From: Candidatus Amesbacteria bacterium GW2011_GWB1_47_19
Lineage (GTDB): Bacteria > Patescibacteriota > Microgenomatia > CAZETR01 > Amesbacteraceae
Length of the DNA stretch: 64,000 nt
NCBI GenBank assembly: GCA_001002325.1
Contig: LCNZ01000002.1
Location: 7,093-71,092, forward strand
Direction: 5' to 3'
The first letter of the stretch is position 1, and each line of letters starts with the position of its first letter. Below, one piece after another: positions 19,122-28,195 of this stretch. The notes beneath the pieces were generated by a model. The model did not search any database and was not told where the DNA came from. It saw only the letters and a list, made by a program, of their open reading frames with translations. The position numbers and the translations under genes are program-made.

Positions 19122-20441
19122 ATGATAAATGGATTCAAAAATATTTTATTAAACAAGACGGATGATCTTCATAAACTGATATTTAGTCAACCCATGGGAA
19201 AAGAAATGACAAGTTTTACCAGGAATCTAACATGGACAGTTTTTGGCCTGGGTACATCCTCAGCTATTATCTTCGCGATTAACCTCCTTGCCGGAAGATT
19301 ATTAGCACCCGTTGAGTACGGAAAATACAATCTGGTTCTCAGTTTGTCACAAATTATTATGGTGTTTTCAGTATTTGGTATAGATATGGCTGCTGTAAAT
19401 TTCATTGCCAAATCAAAGAGTGAAACGGATAAGAAAGTTGTCGTATCAACTTCTCTTATGTTAATAACACTTAACTTAATCATGGTTGTTATCGGGACAA
19501 CTCTGTTTTTGAAACTGACCGATATTGCTGATTATTTTGAAATTAGTATGGTGATTTCGATTTTGATATATACAGCTCTATACTCATTTAGAAATGTTAC
19601 TGACGGAATCATGAGAGGATTACATAAATTTAAAGCTCAGTCGCTCTTGAGAATGGTTGAAGTTGGGGTTACCTTATTAACATTCTATTTAATGTTCTTT
19701 ATTGTCAAAAAATATGTATACACCGCTAATCTATTTGCTACACTCACGGGTGTTTTTGCCCTCGTTATCATCTATATCATCTATATAAAACACTATTTAT
19801 TCAAGTTTGACAGAATAATATTAATAGACTTAATGAAATACGGTGGGTTATTTTTCACTAGTGGAGTCGCCGGGGTCGTCTTTGGTCAATTAGACAAAAT
19901 TATTGTAACCACGAGTCTGGGAATTAGCTCATTTGGTTTGTACAGTGCATATTTCACAGCCTCAGGATTGGTTTCAATCAATTTGGCCGGGGTTGTAATC
20001 AACGTCTTTTTCCCAGCTGTATCAAAAGAGCCTAATAAATTACCGATTTACCATAAGTTAAATAGATTAACTGCTTACACAATCTTACCCTTGTTTATGT
20101 TAATGGTAATAATTGTCAGTGTGGCAATGAAAATATTTGGATCAAAATATCAATTTAATTTGGAATATATTCTGCTTTTCAGTATTTTGTCGGTACTTCA
20201 GTTCTTTTATTCCATCAATAATTCATTAATTACCACAATTTCGAGAAATTTATTTATCAAGTCAATTGTGTTTTCAATCCTGATTAGCACGTTCTATTTA
20301 TGTGGATATCTGATATTTATATGTTTATCTTTAATAACTATCACGACCGTAGTAACTTTAATGATCTCTTATGTCATATGCTTGATGTGGATGCAGCGGA
20401 TTATATTAAGGAATTACTTCGGATCTGGTCTGATAAAATGA
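19122..20441 (+). CDS. Wzx-like oligosaccharide flippase (MOP superfamily polysaccharide biosynthesis protein)
   Basis: About 12-14 TM helices, about 440 aa, typical PST-family organisation; sits within the sugar cluster. Confidence 0.65.
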   Translation: MINGFKNILLNKTDDLHKLIFSQPMGKEMTSFTRNLTWTVFGLGTSSAIIFAINLLAGRLLAPVEYGKYNLVLSLSQIIMVFSVFGIDMAAVNFIAKSKSETDKKVVVSTSLMLITLNLIMVVIGTTLFLKLTDIADYFEISMVISILIYTALYSFRNVTDGIMRGLHKFKAQSLLRMVEVGVTLLTFYLMFFIVKKYVYTANLFATLTGVFALVIIYIIYIKHYLFKFDRIILIDLMKYGGLFFTSGVAGVVFGQLDKIIVTTSLGISSFGLYSAYFTASGLVSINLAGVVINVFFPAVSKEPNKLPIYHKLNRLTAYTILPLFMLMVIIVSVAMKIFGSKYQFNLEYILLFSILSVLQFFYSINNSLITTISRNLFIKSIVFSILISTFYLCGYLIFICLSLITITTVVTLMISYVICLMWMQRIILRNYFGSGLIK

Positions 20442-20489
20442 CATCTTCTTAATATATAATGCAGCGTTAAAGAGAGCTTAATCAAAAAA

Positions 20490-21320
20490 ATGAAATTGTC
20501 ACCCGAAGCTAAAACAGTAGTTGAATTAGTTAGAGAATGTGGATTGATTGCCCGACAACAAAGATTGGGGGATTTATCAGTGGAGGATGTGGCTGGTAAA
20601 GGTTTGATCTCAAAGGGGGATCTAAAAGTAGATGGATGGATAAAACATAGAGTTGGTTCGCTATTCCCCGGCTACGTTACTCTTTCTGAAGAATCAGAAA
20701 ATGAATTATCTTTTTCACAGTTACAGATGGAAAACGTAATCGTAGCTGACCCCATCGATGGAACGAGGTGGTACAAAGACGGTGGAAACTTATGGACGAT
20801 TTCCCTGGCATTAGTTGTCCACGGAGTTATTAATATCGGTGTAATCCATCAACCCGACACAAACACTCTTTGGTTGGCCGAAAAAGGCCAAGGTGCCTAT
20901 AGAAAGCGCAACGGGAAACGACCCGAACCAATTAAAACTCTAAATGAGACAAAACTTTCTAGAGTGAAAATTGGGGTTGGGAGTAATATGTCAACTGTTG
21001 AAACCAGACGAACGATGTTAGGATTGTTAAATTACCTAATAGAAGACAGTCGTGGGCCATATATTATGGCAAGTACAGCATTGGAATTAGCTCTGGTCGC
21101 CTCAGGTATCGTATTGGCCGGAGATATCCATCCCCAGGCTAAACCCTGGGACAAAGCTGCTGGCATGCTTATAATTGAAGAAGCGGGTGGTGCGGTTGGT
21201 GGATGGCCGGGCAGGGAAACAGTATTCGAAAATGGTTTAGTTGCCGCCGCTAACTTAATGTTATATAATCAGCTCGTTGAATTAGTAAAAGCGGCAGAAT
21301 GTTATGACAAAGGAAAATAA
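20490..21320 (+). CDS. Inositol monophosphatase-family phosphatase
   Basis: VADPIDGTRWY (DPIDGT) and WDKAAGMLIIEEAGG motifs of the IMPase/FBPase/CysQ fold. Confidence 0.75.
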   Translation: MKLSPEAKTVVELVRECGLIARQQRLGDLSVEDVAGKGLISKGDLKVDGWIKHRVGSLFPGYVTLSEESENELSFSQLQMENVIVADPIDGTRWYKDGGNLWTISLALVVHGVINIGVIHQPDTNTLWLAEKGQGAYRKRNGKRPEPIKTLNETKLSRVKIGVGSNMSTVETRRTMLGLLNYLIEDSRGPYIMASTALELALVASGIVLAGDIHPQAKPWDKAAGMLIIEEAGGAVGGWPGRETVFENGLVAAANLMLYNQLVELVKAAECYDKGK

Positions 21321-21519
21321 ATCATTTGAAAGAAAATTAATGGATAGGTTTGACTTTGAAATCGATGGTGGATCTACTTTGATAATTCCCGATGACACAA
21401 GTTTCGTAGGTTTGATGTTTGCACGAATAATTGCAAATAGATTTATGGTAGATTTTGTTGAAAAAAAGAACGGAACAAGGCTGAGTTTTAATGGTTGGAA
21501 AATATGGCACAGGGGATAA
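21304..21519 (+). CDS. Small hypothetical protein (71 aa)
   Basis: Fills the gap between flanking genes with short overlaps; no recognisable motif. Confidence 0.3.
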   Translation: MTKENKSFERKLMDRFDFEIDGGSTLIIPDDTSFVGLMFARIIANRFMVDFVEKKNGTRLSFNGWKIWHRG

Positions 21520-22112
21520 ATAAATCTCCTGCTTTTATTATTGATAGGGATGGGGTTATTAACCGAATGGTGAATTATTCGGGTCAGTGGGATTCACCCC
21601 AAAAACCCAAAGATGTCCGGTTGGTCGATGGTATAGTAGACATTTTGCACTGGTTAAATGAGAGACATATTCCGATAATCGAAATTTCCAACCAGCCTGG
21701 GATAGCCAAGGGTAAAATGACACAAGAAACCTCAGACGCAATTGAAAACAGGGTCCACCAGCTGTTGGCATCCCGGGGTGTCAGAATTGATAAAACATAC
21801 ATTTGCCCCCATCATCCCAAGGGTGTAGTGCCGGAATTGACACGTGAGTGCGATTGCCGTAAACCCAAAGCGGGCTTATTTATTAAAGCGGCTAAAGATT
21901 TAGGTATAAACTTCTCAGAAAGTGTAATGCTTGGCGATAAAGCCTCTGATATTCAAGCGGGAGATGCTGTGGGCTGTAAAACCGTACTGTATCTTCACAA
22001 TGAAGACCAACCGGAAAAAATCGAACAGACCAAAAGGGCCCGTGCTGACCATCAAGTCACCCGAGTTCAAGAAGTACTTGAAATATTACCTAAAATTTTT
22101 AAATTAGTTTAA
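21495..22112 (+). CDS. gmhB: HAD-IIIA D,D-heptose 1,7-bisphosphate phosphatase (GmhB-like)
   Basis: FIIDRDGVINR, CPHHP...CDCRKPKAGLF, MLGDKASDIQAG: the GmhB/HisB-N signature including the Zn-binding Cys/His cluster. Confidence 0.8.
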   Translation: MENMAQGINKSPAFIIDRDGVINRMVNYSGQWDSPQKPKDVRLVDGIVDILHWLNERHIPIIEISNQPGIAKGKMTQETSDAIENRVHQLLASRGVRIDKTYICPHHPKGVVPELTRECDCRKPKAGLFIKAAKDLGINFSESVMLGDKASDIQAGDAVGCKTVLYLHNEDQPEKIEQTKRARADHQVTRVQEVLEILPKIFKLV

Positions 22113-22851
22113 AACTCCTATCTTTCTTCGCATCAAGGTAAGCTTGATCGAATTGGTTAAGTGTCTCAGTCAGCCTCTTTGACTCCAGCGATTTCTGCAA
22201 TACTTCAGATGTAACGGTTACAATATGAGCCCCTAATGAAAAGGCGATTCTAATTTGTTCTGAAGACCTGACGCTTCCAATAATCACTCTAACATTATTC
22301 AAATTTTGGTTTCTAATATAATTTAATAGAGAAATCAATGTCTCTTGTGCTCCAGGACCTTCCTGATATTTAGACTTGCTTTCTTCAGATCTTCCCCAGA
22401 ATAAGCTTATATATTGAGCACCTGCTTCTGCAGCTAGAGCCAGCTGGGCGAAGCTAATACCAACCGTGGCGTTAACTGTAATTCCTTTTTTAATCATGTT
22501 TCGGATCATCCCAAAACTCCTTCCATCGGGTAATATGGGGATTTTAATAACTGCATTGCTAGGATATTTTGCATGGTATTTGTCAGCCAGCGAGTACATA
22601 TCGGAATCAGACATTTTGGAATAGGGAATCTCGACAGATACCGGGAAGTTATCACCCACCAGAAAGCATATTTTATGAAGATGCTCTGGAATATTAACCA
22701 CGCCATCTTTCTGAAGTATCATAGGATTTGTGGTAATTCCTTTGATTACGGAACTCCATTTTTTTATCTCCTCTAGCTTACTAGAATCAAGAAAAAAACC
22801 TGAAATTCCGGAAAGCCGGTTACTTTTTTCCATTCGCTTTTCCATTATCAA
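22099..22851 (-). CDS. Transaldolase / fructose-6-phosphate aldolase family (TalC/FSA type)
   Basis: FFLDSSKLEEIKKWSSVIKGITTNPMIL aligns with YLDTSDV...GVTTNPSI of FSA/short transaldolases; about 220-aa TIM-barrel size. Start may be an internal Met (22845 or 22833). Confidence 0.75.
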   Translation of the reverse strand: MIMEKRMEKSNRLSGISGFFLDSSKLEEIKKWSSVIKGITTNPMILQKDGVVNIPEHLHKICFLVGDNFPVSVEIPYSKMSDSDMYSLADKYHAKYPSNAVIKIPILPDGRSFGMIRNMIKKGITVNATVGISFAQLALAAEAGAQYISLFWGRSEESKSKYQEGPGAQETLISLLNYIRNQNLNNVRVIIGSVRSSEQIRIAFSLGAHIVTVTSEVLQKSLESKRLTETLNQFDQAYLDAKKDRSFKLI

Positions 22852-23461
22852 AATCCTTAATCATCTGTCGTAATGTAAATATTATTCCATGTGTGAGTAC
22901 GACATGAAATGCTTCTATAGCCGGTGTGCCGTAGACTTCATTTATGACTGGAACTACCAGGCAGACATTAGCCATTTGTTTCATAGCTCCTCCATCAAAT
23001 CCGGAAAATCCCAGGATTTTTGCACCTCGCGATTTTGCTAATTTCATTGCTGCTACCATATTCTGAGACCAGGGACCGGCATCTCCCATACCACTTCCTC
23101 CGTGTACCGAGAATCCCACTAAAACATCGTTCTTTGCCAACCAAGGTTCCAGTTGTTCGGCAAAAACTGTTCCCCAACCGCTATCATTCGTCCAGGCGCT
23201 AACCAATGGAATATTATCTACCAGCGACATGGCCTTGAACCGTTTCTTGTGAGGGATGATTGTGGTTTTTGCTAAATCAGATGCAAAATGGGTAGCTGTC
23301 GATGCGGAACCACCGCACCCCATCACAAATATTGTTCCGGAATTCTTCCAAGTCTCAAATAGAATATCTATTGCTTTATCCAATTCTTTTCCGCTTCCCA
23401 AAAATGTTGCGGACTTGATGATTTCAAAAAAATATTCTTTAAAAGTGAATTGTTGATTCAT
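22820..23461 (-). CDS. gmhA: SIS-domain D-sedoheptulose 7-phosphate isomerase (GmhA)
   Basis: IFVMGCGGSASTATHFASDL...VLVGFSVHGGSG...ILGFSGFDGGAMKQMANVCLVVP...IEAFHVVLTH: GmhA-specific pattern. Confidence 0.8.
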   Translation of the reverse strand: MNQQFTFKEYFFEIIKSATFLGSGKELDKAIDILFETWKNSGTIFVMGCGGSASTATHFASDLAKTTIIPHKKRFKAMSLVDNIPLVSAWTNDSGWGTVFAEQLEPWLAKNDVLVGFSVHGGSGMGDAGPWSQNMVAAMKLAKSRGAKILGFSGFDGGAMKQMANVCLVVPVINEVYGTPAIEAFHVVLTHGIIFTLRQMIKDFDNGKANGKK

Positions 23462-23481
23462 AAAGAAGTATCCCTATAATA

Positions 23482-24492
23482 TCACACCCTTTTAACATTC
23501 TCAGTTCTTTCAACTTGCCTGTAAATGTTTTCAATTATTTTCATCGTTTCCAATCCGTCAGATCCGGTTCCCAACAATTTTTCTTTCCCTGAAATAGCAT
23601 TCTTAAAATTAATCCACTCTCTTTTCCACGAAGGATCAGGTTCGGAAAACTTCCAAACCCGTTCCTTTGGAGCCATACCGGGTGTTCTGAGACCTAATAC
23701 CAGGGTCTCAGTACCATAAGACCCACCCAAGCCGTTTACTTTTAAATAAGCTTCCGTTCCATAGACTTCGAAAATAAATCTATTTTTCCATTCTGTCCAA
23801 CTTGCATGGAGTTCGGCAATACCGTTTTCTCCCCTAAGCAATAAAAAGGCATTGTCTTCGACTCGCACCGGCCAATATGAAGTCGTCAATTCTGCCTTAA
23901 TTGATGAAAACGTTCCCATAAACCACAATACCAAGTCAATTAGATGTGATCCCTGGTCTATTAATTCTCCGCCACCGGATAACATTGGATTCATCCGCCA
24001 CTCTTTTTCATATCCTGGCCTCCCCCCGATACCGTATGTAGATTTTATATACATTATATTGCCGATCTTACCTTTCACAAAAATCTTATAAGCTTTAAAT
24101 ATCGCCGGATGAAATCGGTGGTTATAGCCAGTTTTGTAAATCAAACCTCTTTTTCTTGCCTCATTCACACAATTCGTTATTTCTTTGACATTCAACCCTA
24201 AAGGTTTTTCGCATAGCACATGTTTTCCGGATATTAAAGCAGATTTGGAAATTTCTGCCAAACGGTTATGAGTAGTAGAAACTATAACTGCATTAATATG
24301 TAGATCAGAGACAACATCTTGCCAATTGTCTGAATATTTACAATTGTTCAATCTATTGGACAAGGATTCGGCTTTGGATATGTCAGTATCAGCCACCCGG
24401 AATACAGTATCCCTTCCCAGCAGCTTTATAACTTCAGCTCTTTTTGTTCCAATTATACCTGCCCCGATAATACCAATTTTCATTATATTCAA
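23482..24492 (-). CDS. Gfo/Idh/MocA-family NAD(P)-dependent sugar oxidoreductase
   Basis: MKIGIIGAGIIGTKRA Rossmann N-terminus; EKPLGLNVKE motif; C-terminal alpha/beta domain. Confidence 0.75.
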   Translation of the reverse strand: MNIMKIGIIGAGIIGTKRAEVIKLLGRDTVFRVADTDISKAESLSNRLNNCKYSDNWQDVVSDLHINAVIVSTTHNRLAEISKSALISGKHVLCEKPLGLNVKEITNCVNEARKRGLIYKTGYNHRFHPAIFKAYKIFVKGKIGNIMYIKSTYGIGGRPGYEKEWRMNPMLSGGGELIDQGSHLIDLVLWFMGTFSSIKAELTTSYWPVRVEDNAFLLLRGENGIAELHASWTEWKNRFIFEVYGTEAYLKVNGLGGSYGTETLVLGLRTPGMAPKERVWKFSEPDPSWKREWINFKNAISGKEKLLGTGSDGLETMKIIENIYRQVERTENVKRV

Positions 24493-25475
24493 AAATTTAC
24501 TAAGGTTTTGACCCCTTCATTATCAAAATGTATCAGCATTTCTGTTAAACCGGCCTTTGACATGGATTTTCTTAATTTTGATTTATCTCCTGGACAACAA
24601 AATAATAAAAATCCTCCCCCCCCCGCTCCGATTATCTTACCCCCGAGAGCACCGGCATCTTTTGCCTGTTCGTACCAATTATCTATTTTCACACTGCTTA
24701 TCGCCTTTGATAATTTTCTTTTATATTGCCAATGTACATCCAACAATTTTCCGAATTGCTCTATTTTGCCATTTTCCAAAGCTTTAAAAATTTCATCACC
24801 TAATTCTTTTATAAAATGCAGATTATTTATTACCTGAGAATCATTTTTAGTAGTAGATCGATTTTGTTTGGAAAGAATCTTCCCGCTGGCCCGGCTGATT
24901 CCGGTAAAAAAAAGTACAAAACTATTTTCTAGATCTCTTAAAGCGTGGGGAGACACGTCAGGTTTAATAACCTCCACCTGCCCTTTTTTATTAATTTCCA
25001 TCCTGGTCAATCCGCCAAAAGCAGCCATATACTGATCCTGTTTTCCCACCGGTTTTTTTAGAATCTCAATTTCAATTTTGCATGCATCTTCAGCCAATCG
25101 TCTGGAACTTACTACTTCCCCCTTTAAATCATAAAGAGCTTTCAAAGTAGATACCAGGAAACTTCCCGATGAACCCATTCCAGTGCCATGAGGTAGATCA
25201 GCCACCCATGCCAATTCAACATTTTTGGTCACGCCCGTCAATTTCAAAGCTTCCTTAGCCAAGTCATGATTTACCTCGTTAACAGAGTCAACGGTTTCCG
25301 AATCGGAATATTTTAACCGGATTAATTTATCACTTACCGGTCGATTGGCAGTAGTATAAATATACTTATTGATGGATACTGATATTAATCTACCCCCGAA
25401 TTTTGTGTAGTAAGAAGGAAGATCGGTACCCCCACCTCCGAGGGGTATTCTGAATGGAGCGCGTACCATAATCAT
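24489..25475 (-). CDS. hddA: GHMP kinase, D-glycero-alpha-D-manno-heptose 7-phosphate kinase (HddA-like)
   Basis: RAPFRIPLGGGGTDLPSY and PHGTGMGSSGSFLV (GHMP motif II); the context with GmhA/GmhB/HddC supports heptose kinase. Confidence 0.75.
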   Translation of the reverse strand: MIMVRAPFRIPLGGGGTDLPSYYTKFGGRLISVSINKYIYTTANRPVSDKLIRLKYSDSETVDSVNEVNHDLAKEALKLTGVTKNVELAWVADLPHGTGMGSSGSFLVSTLKALYDLKGEVVSSRRLAEDACKIEIEILKKPVGKQDQYMAAFGGLTRMEINKKGQVEVIKPDVSPHALRDLENSFVLFFTGISRASGKILSKQNRSTTKNDSQVINNLHFIKELGDEIFKALENGKIEQFGKLLDVHWQYKRKLSKAISSVKIDNWYEQAKDAGALGGKIIGAGGGGFLLFCCPGDKSKLRKSMSKAGLTEMLIHFDNEGVKTLVNF

Positions 25476-26185
25476 AAATTCTTTCTCCTGATGTGTTCAC
25501 TGGTCTTTAACAGGGAATCAAATGTTCCCATATCTGACCAATAGTCATTTTTCTTCAACAATATTAACTGTCCAATTTTAAGATATTCATTATTTAGATC
25601 CGTTATTTCTAATTCTCCCCGGGTTGACGGTCTAATTTTATCTATCATATCAAATACCCGGTTATCATAAAAATGTGGCCCCGTCACTACCAGGTTAGAA
25701 TTAGCCTTTTGCGCTTTTTCTTCAATCGATATTAATTTACCCCGACTGTCATATTTCGGAATTGCAAAACGATTGAATTCGGATGTTTTCCGTAAAAAAG
25801 ACATGGCGCCTGTGGCGAAAGCAGACACTTCGGATTTAAAATCATTTTCGTAATAATTATCACCCGCACAAACCATTATTGATTGATTTTGTGTAAATTT
25901 TCGGCATCTCAAAATAGCGTCGGACATTCCTGCTGGTGTCGGTTGTTCAACGTAGGTCAGCCGGACATCCCATTTCGCCGGTATATGATTCATCAACATT
26001 CTTATCTGGTTTCCGTGTGGTGGACCGCTAATAACCGCAATATCTTTTATTCCGGAGGAAAATATTGTGTGCAAGGGATAAAAAAACATCGGCAGGTTCC
26101 AAACCAGTAAAGCGTGTTTATTTACAGCCTTCGTAACTGGATTCAATCTGGTGCCTGTTCCCCCGGTCAGAACAATACCTTTCAT
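25472..26185 (-). CDS. hddC: Sugar-1-phosphate nucleotidyltransferase (HddC-like GDP-heptose pyrophosphorylase)
   Basis: MKGIVLTGGTGTRLNPVT (G-x-G-T-R-L) N-terminal signature of RmlA/GlmU-type NTP transferases; about 237 aa. Confidence 0.75.
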   Translation of the reverse strand: MKGIVLTGGTGTRLNPVTKAVNKHALLVWNLPMFFYPLHTIFSSGIKDIAVISGPPHGNQIRMLMNHIPAKWDVRLTYVEQPTPAGMSDAILRCRKFTQNQSIMVCAGDNYYENDFKSEVSAFATGAMSFLRKTSEFNRFAIPKYDSRGKLISIEEKAQKANSNLVVTGPHFYDNRVFDMIDKIRPSTRGELEITDLNNEYLKIGQLILLKKNDYWSDMGTFDSLLKTSEHIRRKNL

Positions 26186-26187
26186 TT

Positions 26188-27309
26188 CTAGATATTTTTG
26201 ACTTTTCTGATAACTTTTTGTCGAATCATATTTTTCATTGCTTCATTTGAAACATCCTCTATCCTGCCTTGGGTAAGTAACCAATCCCGATATGCCGCCA
26301 GTGATTTTTCCAGACTAACCTTTGGAATCCAACCCAATTTATTTAATCGGGATATATCAGATACCGTAGAGCGGGTATCACCAACACGAAATATTCCTGG
26401 AATTTGTGGTTCAAGCTTGCTATTAAATACTTTTAACATAGTCCGGGCAAACTCAATAGCGCTATATGCTTTACCGCCACCTACGAAGAATATCTCATTA
26501 TTTGCTCTGGGATCTTCAAGCACAATCAAATTAGCCCGGGCGACGTCAGCACAATTAACATAATCCCTTAATCCCATTCCGTCTTCAACCAATATTGGAG
26601 GTTTATTATTAAGAATTCTCATAGCAAACACTCTTAAGATTCCGGAATAGGCGTTGTAGATTGAATTGCGTGGTCCCTGAACATAAGTATATCTCAAACA
26701 TACCGTGGGTATTAAATATTTTTTTCCTAATGTTTGAGCTAATAACTCAACTGCATACTTGGATATACCATATGTCGTAATAGGCCGACATATATCTTCG
26801 GTCATTAGTACATTTTTGCATTCCCGCTTACATGTCGGACATCTAATTTCCCATTGCCCCGTTTCCAATTGTTCAATCGGTCTGGGTTCAGCCCAGAATT
26901 CTCCATGATTTTTACAATTCCATTTTCCGTCTCCCGCCACTGCTTGCGAGGAGGCAAAAACAATCTTTTTTATTGGTAACCTATTAGCTAATATAAGCTC
27001 AAACATTAGAGCCGTGCTTTCGGTATTTGTGTGGATAAAATGGCCAAAATCTGGCATGTAATCCTGATATGCCGCCATATGAAAAACGGCATCGACACCC
27101 CTCAAACTTCGGTATAAATCTTTGGGGCTACTGACATCACCGAGAATAAATTCAGCTTCTGGGGGGATATAACCGGGCTTGCCTTTAGGATGAACTCTTC
27201 TTTGCAGAGAATCCAGAATTCTTACCTTATACCCTTTCGATATCAGCAAGTCGACAGTATGAGATCCGATAAAACCTGCGCCTCCGGTAACTAAAACATG
27301 CTTATACAC
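26188..27309 (-). CDS. NAD-dependent epimerase/dehydratase (extended SDR) with an inserted Cys-rich zinc-ribbon-like segment
   Basis: VLVTGGAGFIGSH; YGISK (YxxxK). Insert KWNCKNHGEFW...IRCPTCKRECK (C-x2-H ... C-x2-C-x3-C). The track ORF extends to 27447, but the N-terminal 46 aa look non-SDR; GTG at 27309 giving MYKHVLVTGGAG is preferred. Start uncertain. Confidence 0.7.
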   Translation of the reverse strand: MYKHVLVTGGAGFIGSHTVDLLISKGYKVRILDSLQRRVHPKGKPGYIPPEAEFILGDVSSPKDLYRSLRGVDAVFHMAAYQDYMPDFGHFIHTNTESTALMFELILANRLPIKKIVFASSQAVAGDGKWNCKNHGEFWAEPRPIEQLETGQWEIRCPTCKRECKNVLMTEDICRPITTYGISKYAVELLAQTLGKKYLIPTVCLRYTYVQGPRNSIYNAYSGILRVFAMRILNNKPPILVEDGMGLRDYVNCADVARANLIVLEDPRANNEIFFVGGGKAYSAIEFARTMLKVFNSKLEPQIPGIFRVGDTRSTVSDISRLNKLGWIPKVSLEKSLAAYRDWLLTQGRIEDVSNEAMKNMIRQKVIRKVKNI

Positions 27310-27336
27310 AGCGCATATTATATAATAATTTTCCGG

Positions 27337-28182
27337 ATGAAAAAAAAGATCGCTATCGTCACTGGTGGTGCGAGAGGTATAGGGGCAGCCATAGCTCAGA
27401 GGATTGCCGGAGAAAATTACCACGTGGTCATATGTTCCAGATCTCAACAGGAAATTGATGATTTTATTAAGACTATGTCCCGATTGAAGTTACAATTATC
27501 CGGATTAGTAACTGACATCTCGAAATTTGGCCAATGTCAGAGATTATTTAACTTTATTCAGGGATTAAATGGAGAACTGGAAATATTGGTTAACAATGCC
27601 GGGATTTACGGACCTATAGGTAAGCTGGAAGAAAATTCGTATTTGGAATGGGAAGATACTATCAGGATTAATTTGCTCGGTACAGTTTACTGTACTCAAC
27701 TGGCAATTCCCATTATGCAGAAAAGAAAATCGGGGAAAATCATCAACATCTGCGGTGGGGGAGTGGGAGGAAAGGATCCTCTGGCTCGATTTTCAGCTTA
27801 TTATACATCCAAAACCGCCATAGCAGGATTTACTGAGGTAACAGCGGCTGAATTGGCCGAATACAATATTCAGGTTAATTGTATCGCTCCGGGTGCTGTA
27901 AATAGTCGTTTTACAGTCTACTTAATTTCTCAGGGGCGAAACAAAGCCGGAGATGAAATGTACACCAAAGCCATAAAGCAAAAAAAGACTGGAGGAGATT
28001 CTCCGGAATTAGCGGCAAGACTTGTATCATTTTTAATTTCAAATAAAGCAAACCATATCTCAGGCTGCTTACTAAGTGCTAAATGGGATAAGAAGGGGGA
28101 ACTGTCGGACTCTCGCACTTTCACTCCAAATCTATACAAATTAAGAAGAATTGACAACCGGAACTTCTGGGATCATGAATAA
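27337..28182 (+). CDS. Classical SDR oxidoreductase
   Basis: MKKKIAIVTGGARGIGAAIA; NNAG; YYTSK (YxxxK). ATG at 27337 is preceded by TATAAT at 27319-27324; the track ORF starts earlier (27298). Confidence 0.75.
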   Translation: MKKKIAIVTGGARGIGAAIAQRIAGENYHVVICSRSQQEIDDFIKTMSRLKLQLSGLVTDISKFGQCQRLFNFIQGLNGELEILVNNAGIYGPIGKLEENSYLEWEDTIRINLLGTVYCTQLAIPIMQKRKSGKIINICGGGVGGKDPLARFSAYYTSKTAIAGFTEVTAAELAEYNIQVNCIAPGAVNSRFTVYLISQGRNKAGDEMYTKAIKQKKTGGDSPELAARLVSFLISNKANHISGCLLSAKWDKKGELSDSRTFTPNLYKLRRIDNRNFWDHE

Positions 28183-28195
28183 ACATAATGAGGAT

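Noticed and set aside
26188-27447. Full 419-aa form of the Zn-ribbon SDR with 46-aa N-terminal extension
   Set aside because: The extension has no Rossmann character, and the classic SDR N-terminus (M/V-YKHVLVTGGAG) begins at a GTG at 27309. The longer form would also overlap the divergent SDR gene. Kept as a possibility only.
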